From Bacillota bacterium (GTDB lineage: Bacteria; Bacillota; Bacilli; Bacillales; Bacillaceae_I): a DNA stretch of 32,000 nt. The notes beneath the pieces were generated by a model. It searched no databases. It saw only the letters and a list, made by a program, of their open reading frames with translations, and was not told the origin of the DNA. Both the position numbers and the translations under genes were made by a program. The stretch covers positions 289,947 to 321,946 of the forward strand of contig JBNJJQ010000002.1 of assembly GCA_051750385.1 (NCBI GenBank), in the 5' to 3' direction. Each line of letters begins with the position of its first letter. Position 1 is the stretch's first letter. This document shows, piece by piece, positions 25,684 to 32,000 of the stretch.

Positions 25684-28635
25684 TTACCACCTGTAATTAT
25701 TTCCTGGGTTACTTATATCGTCTTCACCATTTCCAATAATGACCATTGTGGTTGCACGTATATTTCTGTCTTCTTTTGATGTTGCAGTAACAAATACAAC
25801 TCCTGGGGAAATACCTCTGCCTTTACCGTTTTGATCGATATAAAATTTGTCAGGCAAATCAACGGACCACTCAACCTCTATCTTATTTTTTAGCTGAGGA
25901 GGGTCAAATCTTAATTGGCCTTGTAGACTATTCAACGGTTGATTTACTTTTACGTAATAATAAGGTTTATGGAACGACATTGTATAGTTTGGAAAATCCA
26001 AAATTTTCATTTGGGCTTGCTCACTTATTTGGGACCCATTGATTGAAGCTGTTATTGATACTTCTCCTGTTTTTTTTGCCGTGACGACTCCATTGTTGTT
26101 AACAGAAGCGATACTGTTATCACTGGAATTCCAATTTATTAATACATCAGATAGTGTATCTGTCGTCTCTAAAATCGCTTCAATGGTCTGAGTATCTCCA
26201 ATATACATTTCATTTGAATAATTTAATGATAGATCAGATATTCCATTGAAGTTTATAATCAATTCATCTTCAAAAGAATTTCGAATGAACCCACCTGAAG
26301 CTTTCACTTGGAATTTGGATGTTCCAAGATCATTCAATTCAGCAATAATATCCTCAGGGTTTATCGTTCTCCAGTTAGAATAATTCGTTCTATTTGGCGT
26401 TTTTGTTCGTACCTCATAGACAGCTGTTCCTCCAGTCACGAATTGGTTAAAAAATATTTTCACAGCTTGATTTACGATATACTGCCCATTTTCTACTGGA
26501 AAAACAACCTCATCACTACTACTCAATACTACAGCAACAGTAGGAATTAAGGGTAAAAATACATTACTAATTCCATGGAATTTGATTATTATACTACTTT
26601 TCTCTTCATCGAACTCCATGAATTCCACAGGAATTAATATCGGGTTTCCCCCAGCATCTTTTAAGGTGGTAGAAGCTAACAGTTGTCCAGAATCTCGGAC
26701 ATATTTACTGATATTTCCGGACTGATTACCCCTATACTCTACAGTGGGCTGGACATCAAGATCAATTAATTTAATGACCATTTCTACCAATTCATTAAAC
26801 CGTGAACTAACATTTGCTTTTAATTGTGCATTTGGTCTAGACGAATCCTTAAATTCAATTGATGGGTCAGGTAAAGCTTGTGCGTTTAGACTATGAATAC
26901 CCCGTAATTCAAGTGAGGTTTGCAGTTGTTCTTCAGAAAATATTAAGTTCCCATTTTTTGTTTCATAAGTTAATTGTTTTATAGGAATAAGAATCTCTTT
27001 CGAACCATCTGGGAAGATTGTTTCAGTCATACCAGATCCTAGTTTAGAACTTAACCCCGCTGGAATCCTCTGTCTGAGTTGAACATCACTTAAATTCCCT
27101 TTGCTTCCTGAAGGCAACTTTCCATAAGGTTTAATAGTATAGATAATGTTGAAAGTGTCTTTATTTTCAGTCATAATATTAGATTTTTGCAATTTAATCG
27201 TATTATCTTTAATTGGTGCCGTAGTTGAGAACTGCATGTCCAGTTCGAAAGATGGTGCCACTTGGTTTTGTACAGAAACCTTTATCTCTTCTTTATAGAC
27301 CATAATCTGGTCAATACCTTCTATATCTTTATATTTTAATTTCACTTCAAAAAAATAGTCTCCATTAGAGTTAAACTCTATTGGAAGATTCGGCACAGAT
27401 ACCACACCAGGACCCACACCTACTTCATACTTAACATTTCCATTAGCTGGAGTAACAATAGCATACTTGATACCATTTCGAGTTTCCACTTTAATTCCAT
27501 CAGAGCCTTCTACCCTTACACCACTTGGAATTTTAACTTCAAGGGATACTTCGGAAAGAGATGGTGTTTCTATTTCTCTCACTAATGATTCAAATATTTC
27601 ATTCAGATTACTGCCGGATGCTATCCTTGCCATTGATATATTATTACTCGTTTTACTTGCTAATTTATCAAGATATGTTTTGCTGGCCTCACCGAATCCT
27701 ACTGGATAAAGAATCGTATCTCCATTCCTTATTAAACTGGAAGTATCTTCTGCGTGATTTTCTACATATGCTTTAGCATGATTTGAAAAAACAATGGTGT
27801 TATTGTTATGTTTAAAACTTCTTTTCGATATTCCTGAACTTCCATTAGAATATACAATAAACTCGGTAGTGATATTCTCTTTGTGGTTTTTTAATAAATC
27901 ATATGAATAATCTTCATACTTATTGTCACAAAAAATCCACCAGCAATCTTGAATTTCTTTTTGATATTTTCCTCTTGGTATGTCCTTAGTTTTCAGGACT
28001 GTTGGTTCACCATCTGTTAAAAAAATTATAACTTGGTCTCTATTTTCATCTGAATTATTGCTTAAAATTTCTTTCGCCTTAATCAATGAGTCGCTATAGT
28101 TTGTTCCAGTTTCTAAACTTCCTTCAGGTGCCACAATTTCTTTAACAACTTCAGCAATTTCATTTACGTTTTTCGTCAAAGCATTCCCATCAAAGTTACT
28201 TACTACAGCATTACTGTTAAACTCAACTAACCCGAAACGATCCTTGTTGACTCTATTGGCATTTGCCTCACTGAAAATCGTAGCAGCAGTTTGCATTGCC
28301 TCCTTAGCACGGTCTAACCTGGAAGTCTTTTTATCTATTTCAAAATTCATGGATGCTGATTTATCAAAAACAAAAACCACATCCAAAGGCTTCCTTGGAT
28401 TTTCGGTAAGCATTCCGTTCCGCATCACTTCGAAATTCAGGGATGTTCTAGCTATGTTCTGACTTCCTTCTTTTTGCAATATCAGTTCTTTTCTTGCCGG
28501 TTCCACTTTATTTATTGATAATGAGAGTTGGTCTTGGTTAGTTGTGTTATTGGTGAGGGCTATTGTTGGGGCTAATCCAGAAAGCATAATATGTATGATA
28601 AGTATTCCTATCACAAAACTCCTTACGTTCTTCAT
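25684..28635 (-). CDS. Large secreted vWA (MIDAS) domain protein with two C-terminal Big_2 Ig-like domains
   Basis: A Sec-type signal peptide is present (MKNVRSFVIGILIIHIMLSGLAPTIALT). The vWA domain has a complete MIDAS (VVFVFDKSASM = DxSxS; GTNYS; FLTDGEPT). There is a long beta-rich middle region. Two Big_2-like segments lie near the C-terminus (e.g. INWNSSDNSIASVNNNGVVTAKKTGEVSITA). No LPXTG motif and no prepilin motif are present. Confidence 0.85.
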   Translation of the reverse strand: MKNVRSFVIGILIIHIMLSGLAPTIALTNNTTNQDQLSLSINKVEPARKELILQKEGSQNIARTSLNFEVMRNGMLTENPRKPLDVVFVFDKSASMNFEIDKKTSRLDRAKEAMQTAATIFSEANANRVNKDRFGLVEFNSNAVVSNFDGNALTKNVNEIAEVVKEIVAPEGSLETGTNYSDSLIKAKEILSNNSDENRDQVIIFLTDGEPTVLKTKDIPRGKYQKEIQDCWWIFCDNKYEDYSYDLLKNHKENITTEFIVYSNGSSGISKRSFKHNNNTIVFSNHAKAYVENHAEDTSSLIRNGDTILYPVGFGEASKTYLDKLASKTSNNISMARIASGSNLNEIFESLVREIETPSLSEVSLEVKIPSGVRVEGSDGIKVETRNGIKYAIVTPANGNVKYEVGVGPGVVSVPNLPIEFNSNGDYFFEVKLKYKDIEGIDQIMVYKEEIKVSVQNQVAPSFELDMQFSTTAPIKDNTIKLQKSNIMTENKDTFNIIYTIKPYGKLPSGSKGNLSDVQLRQRIPAGLSSKLGSGMTETIFPDGSKEILIPIKQLTYETKNGNLIFSEEQLQTSLELRGIHSLNAQALPDPSIEFKDSSRPNAQLKANVSSRFNELVEMVIKLIDLDVQPTVEYRGNQSGNISKYVRDSGQLLASTTLKDAGGNPILIPVEFMEFDEEKSSIIIKFHGISNVFLPLIPTVAVVLSSSDEVVFPVENGQYIVNQAVKIFFNQFVTGGTAVYEVRTKTPNRTNYSNWRTINPEDIIAELNDLGTSKFQVKASGGFIRNSFEDELIINFNGISDLSLNYSNEMYIGDTQTIEAILETTDTLSDVLINWNSSDNSIASVNNNGVVTAKKTGEVSITASINGSQISEQAQMKILDFPNYTMSFHKPYYYVKVNQPLNSLQGQLRFDPPQLKNKIEVEWSVDLPDKFYIDQNGKGRGISPGVVFVTATSKEDRNIRATTMVIIGNGEDDISNPGNNYRW

Positions 28636-28676
28636 CTTAACCTACCCTTCTAGTTATATTTTCCTATATATCTACA

Positions 28677-28712
28677 ATTATATCAGAACATTTTTCAAAA
28701 AATACTATTTTA
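28677..28712 (-). promoter_or_regulatory. Candidate promoter of the vWA gene (extended -10)
   Basis: The minus strand reads TGA-TATAAT (28685..28677), about 40 nt upstream of ATG 28635, in an AT-rich intergenic region that follows a terminator. No convincing -35 element is present. Confidence 0.3.
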
Positions 28713-28766
28713 TATGTAAATATTGTTTCTTTCTACAATATTTTCAACTTTGATTTCTTCAAAGCT

Positions 28767-28810
28767 GAAAAAACATAAAAGGAGCTTTCCGATAAATGGA
28801 AAGCTCCTTC
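28767..28810 (-). terminator. Rho-independent terminator downstream of the GGDEF gene
   Basis: The stem AAGGAGCTTTCC (28779..28790) pairs with GGAAAGCTCCTT (28798..28809). On the minus strand it is followed by TTTTATGTTTTTT. Confidence 0.75.
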
Positions 28811-28813
28811 TTT

Positions 28814-30550
28814 TTACGACGTCTTCCTATACTCAGCCACCTTATTCCGCCCGGCCTGCTTCGCACCGACATACATCGCACGGTCTGCATGGCGGATAAG
28901 ATCCAGTGTATCCTCTGCATCATCCGGTGCTGTCGCAAAGCCGATGCTTGCTGTAACTTTGACAAGCTGAACGGTATGGGAATCCCGGATGTGCTGCTTC
29001 AACGCGAAGGACCTGTTGGCAAGGTTGACTCTGATTCTTTCTGCAAGCTCAAAGCATTTGCCTCTGTCCATATCTGGAAGTAGGATGACAAATTCCTCTC
29101 CCCCGTATCTTGCAACAGTGCCAGCTTCCCCCACGATCCCTACAAGTCGATCTGCCACTTGCTTCAGTATTTCATTACCGCTTTGGTGGCCGTATATATC
29201 ATTTATTTTCTTGAAGTGATCCAAATCTAGAAGAATCAGGGATAATGATGAAAGATCCCCTTTGTCCAAGCTGGCATACTCTTTTTCCAGTACACTTTCA
29301 AAATAGCGATAATTATAAAGTTTCGTCAGGGCACAACGTTCACTTTTTCGCTTTGTCTCTTGATAATGGCGGGCCTTTTCCATTGCTACCCCGAAGTACG
29401 AGGCCAGGATATCCGCAATCATCAGCTGGGATTTATCATACGACCTTTTAGTGGTGCTTGCTAGTACGACGATTCCCTCAATCTTTTGATTTCGAGATAC
29501 CGGGACACACATGACACTTTGAAGGGAAGGATGCAGATGCGTGTTTGCAAAATGCTTCCATTCCTTTCTCGTAAGATAGCATTGGCTTTTTCCCCGTTTT
29601 AATATATAGGACAAAAGTTCCTCGTTATCTATATTCATTTCGGTATTGACTGCCACAAAATTCTGGTTGTCGATCACGCGTAGAATCTTCAAGGTACTTT
29701 CTCCATTTACATCTACAATTGCTGCATAATCCACAGGAAACAGGGTCGATACCTTGTCCAGGAAGACATCAAGCACCCCTTGAGTATCCAAGCGCTCGGT
29801 TAATTGGTGTCCGATGCCGGCTGCCTGCTGAAGGTAGTTATTCACTTTCTGACTGGAATGATAGAGCTGCAGAATCAAGGTTAATACAACAAAAGGCAGT
29901 CCTACATAGAATGTGGCAACGATTCCTAACTGTTCATACAGGACATATAGACTCAGACCAACAGGCAATACAATTATGCTTGTAATGGCTTCCCATTTGG
30001 TATCAGTGGTGATAAATTTGCTTTCACGTTTATAAATGAACACCTGAATCATATACAAGGCGATGGAGTTCAGGGTGAAATACATAAGTTCATGGGAAAG
30101 GATCGGCACGATGACACCTGGCTGCAGAAGCTTTGTGTCACCATGTCCTCCGCCAAGTGCATAATAGACAAATCCGCAAATGAGCGAAATGGTGGAAAAC
30201 ATTAATAGATTGATAGGGATTCTAAGAAGATTGTCCTTGCTCACTCTTATTTTAAGCATCAGCGCTATGACGGAGATGAGGGTAAGGACCATTTCCGCAA
30301 ATAGGCCAAATGAGAGCAGGATGGCAAGTGACACTCCCTGAGTCAGAAACAGCGGAACCTCTCCCACCACGATCGGGATGAGGGCAAGTATGATCAGCAA
30401 GATCGCAAACCCTACAAGATGAAGCAAGGGCAGTTCCTCTATCGCAATAGGAGAAAGCTGATAACCTACCCACAGATTCAATGGAAAAAATAAAAAGAAG
30501 CATGTCCAAATCATCGCTTTCGTAGTCCCATTTACCGCACGAGCTACCAT
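28814..30550 (-). CDS. Membrane-bound diguanylate cyclase (multi-TM sensor + GAF-like + GGDEF)
   Basis: The GGDEF domain carries DLDHFKKINDIYGH and ARYGGEEFVILLP (intact A-site). About 8 predicted TM helices lie at the N-terminus, and a GAF-like segment sits in the middle. ATG 30550 is preceded by AGGGAGGGG. The ORF-track start at 30613 lies inside the promoter. Confidence 0.9.
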   Translation of the reverse strand: MVARAVNGTTKAMIWTCFFLFFPLNLWVGYQLSPIAIEELPLLHLVGFAILLIILALIPIVVGEVPLFLTQGVSLAILLSFGLFAEMVLTLISVIALMLKIRVSKDNLLRIPINLLMFSTISLICGFVYYALGGGHGDTKLLQPGVIVPILSHELMYFTLNSIALYMIQVFIYKRESKFITTDTKWEAITSIIVLPVGLSLYVLYEQLGIVATFYVGLPFVVLTLILQLYHSSQKVNNYLQQAAGIGHQLTERLDTQGVLDVFLDKVSTLFPVDYAAIVDVNGESTLKILRVIDNQNFVAVNTEMNIDNEELLSYILKRGKSQCYLTRKEWKHFANTHLHPSLQSVMCVPVSRNQKIEGIVVLASTTKRSYDKSQLMIADILASYFGVAMEKARHYQETKRKSERCALTKLYNYRYFESVLEKEYASLDKGDLSSLSLILLDLDHFKKINDIYGHQSGNEILKQVADRLVGIVGEAGTVARYGGEEFVILLPDMDRGKCFELAERIRVNLANRSFALKQHIRDSHTVQLVKVTASIGFATAPDDAEDTLDLIRHADRAMYVGAKQAGRNKVAEYRKTS

Positions 30551-30603
30551 ACTAACCCCTCCCTTCCTACCTAGTTTTCTCAATAAAATATTGCAATAAC
30601 GTA

Positions 30604-30632
30604 ATTTTATCAAATTTTCTAAACTTTGTCAC
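30604..30632 (-). promoter_or_regulatory. Sigma-A type promoter of the GGDEF gene
   Basis: The minus strand reads GTGACA (30632..30627), a 17-nt spacer, then TGA-TAAAAT (extended -10, hexamer at 30609..30604). Confidence 0.55.
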
Positions 30633-30661
30633 AACAAAAATAGGATAATTCTCCCTTTATT

Positions 30662-31966
30662 TCATTTCCCGTTTTCTGTGAAATAAGTCCTTACTTCTGA
30701 AATAAAATATAGGGAGCCCGTAATGAGCAGCAAATCGTCCTTTCCAAGCTCAGAAAGGATGGATTGCAAGGCACTCTTCCACGGTTCTACCGCTCTTTTT
30801 CGGGAGTGCTTACTTTTCCCACGTAGAAACTCCGCATCCGCTGCCCGTGGGAAATCAAAAGAAGTAAAAGTGATGGAATCCGCGACTTCATCCAACAGGC
30901 TGATCATTTCATCCAAAGGCTTATCGGATAATGCTGTGAATAGGATATGGACGTTTTTATCCTTATATCGGTTCTTTACCGTTTCAGCGAGCTTTTCTAT
31001 TCCTTCTTTATTATGTGCTCCATCCAGAACCACAAGTGGGTCCTGTGAGATCTCTTCCATCCTTCCAGCCCAGAACGCCTTTTCCAATCCCTGGCGGATA
31101 TGCTCCTCTTCGATAAAGAAGGAGTAGTAGTTTTTCACATACACACATGCCATAACTGCAAGTGAAGCATTATCCACCTGATGGCGACCTTTCATGGAAA
31201 GCTTGAGGTTTTCCAAGTGGCCAAAAGGAGTGTGAAGGGAAAAGCTTTCACCTTGATCCGTTGCTTCATAGTTGCTGATTTTCAATTCTTGCGATAGCTG
31301 ATAGAGACGAGCCTTCTTCTCTTTCGCGACTTCTGTAATAACAGCTCTAGCTTCTTCTTGGGAAACTGCTGTAATTACCGGAACGCCGTGTTTGATGATG
31401 CCCGCTTTTTCAAAAGCAATCTCGGTCAAACTGTTCCCGAGGATTGCCTGATGGTCATGACCGATGTTGGTGATGATGGAAACGAGAGGGGTGATGATGT
31501 TTGTAGAATCGAATCTACCGCCAAGGCCTGTTTCATACACGGCGATGTCCACCTCTGCCATATGCCGAAAATAGTAGAAGGACATCGCTGTAATCACTTC
31601 GAATTCAGTGGGACTTCCAAACTCATGGTCTTCGAGTTCATCAGCTAGAGGCTTGATTAGATTCACAAGCTTCACCAGGTCTTCGTTTGAAAATGGCACT
31701 CCATCCACACTGATTCTTTCATTAAATTGTTCGATATATGGGGAGGTGAAAGTGCCAACCCTGTAGCCCGCCTCTTGAAGAATATGACGAATATAGGTTA
31801 CCGTGGAGCCTTTGCCATTTGTTCCTGCAACGTGTATCGTCTTAAATTTCCGTTCGGGATGACCGAGCTTATCCATCATCCATTCCATCCTTTTAATGCC
31901 GGGCTTAATTCCAAAACGCAATCGCGAATGGACCCAATCTAAAGCTTCTTCATATGTATGGATCAT
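30662..31966 (-). CDS. folC: Bifunctional folylpolyglutamate synthase / dihydrofolate synthase
   Basis: HVAGTNGKGSTV (P-loop), TFTSPYI..FNERI and ETGLGGRFDSTN are present. It is collinear with B. subtilis FolC throughout. Confidence 0.94.
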   Translation of the reverse strand: MIHTYEEALDWVHSRLRFGIKPGIKRMEWMMDKLGHPERKFKTIHVAGTNGKGSTVTYIRHILQEAGYRVGTFTSPYIEQFNERISVDGVPFSNEDLVKLVNLIKPLADELEDHEFGSPTEFEVITAMSFYYFRHMAEVDIAVYETGLGGRFDSTNIITPLVSIITNIGHDHQAILGNSLTEIAFEKAGIIKHGVPVITAVSQEEARAVITEVAKEKKARLYQLSQELKISNYEATDQGESFSLHTPFGHLENLKLSMKGRHQVDNASLAVMACVYVKNYYSFFIEEEHIRQGLEKAFWAGRMEEISQDPLVVLDGAHNKEGIEKLAETVKNRYKDKNVHILFTALSDKPLDEMISLLDEVADSITFTSFDFPRAADAEFLRGKSKHSRKRAVEPWKSALQSILSELGKDDLLLITGSLYFISEVRTYFTENGK

Positions 31967-32000
31967 CGTACCTTTCCTTTCTGGCGGTTTATTTCTAAAG

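Noticed and set aside
25684-25760. A sortase (LPXTG) or other C-terminal anchoring signal on the vWA protein.
   Set aside because: The C-terminus ends in GNGEDDISNPGNNYRW, with no LPXTG motif, hydrophobic stretch or basic tail. The nearest look-alike (KLPSGSKG) is internal and does not fit the motif.
12803-30632. A mobile genomic island carrying the pilus locus.
   Set aside because: No integrase, transposase, tRNA attachment site or flanking direct or inverted repeats were seen. Only a compositional shift in the accessory part is visible. Horizontal origin remains a hypothesis, not a call.

Overview
This is a chromosomal segment from an endospore-forming Bacillaceae genome (Bacillus/Cytobacillus-like). 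All genes except three lie on the minus strand. The backbone is the conserved Bacillus cell-shape, division and sporulation neighbourhood. Read in window order it is rpmA-prp-rplU, rng, spoIVFB-spoIVFA, minD-minC, mreD-mreC-mreB, radC, maf, a spoIIB-like gene, then folC at the far end. Two things interrupt that backbone. (1) Between minD and spoIVFA there is a membrane-anchored glycerophosphodiesterase gene followed by two arrays of six 21-bp tandem repeats each. (2) Between spoIIB and folC, where B. subtilis carries only comC, there is a complete Gram-positive type IV pilus (T4P) locus of about 18 kb. Its core is pilB-pilT-pilC-pilA-pilD-pilM-pilN-pilO. Three accessory modules surround that core. 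The first is a small membrane protein plus a cysteine-free VanW-like/G5 protein with an Asn/Gly/Ser/Thr-rich tail, at the head of the pilB operon. The second is a divergent operon of three prepilin-type minor pilins, convergent with a 983-aa secreted vWA(MIDAS)/Big_2 protein. The third is a multi-TM/GAF/GGDEF diguanylate cyclase with its own strong sigma-A promoter. The PilB N-terminus closely resembles the c-di-GMP-binding MshEN motif. No rRNA, tRNA, CRISPR, transposase or integrase was seen. The most interesting candidate system is this T4P locus with its cell-wall, tip-adhesin and c-di-GMP modules. The phased 21-bp repeat arrays are the second item worth follow-up.
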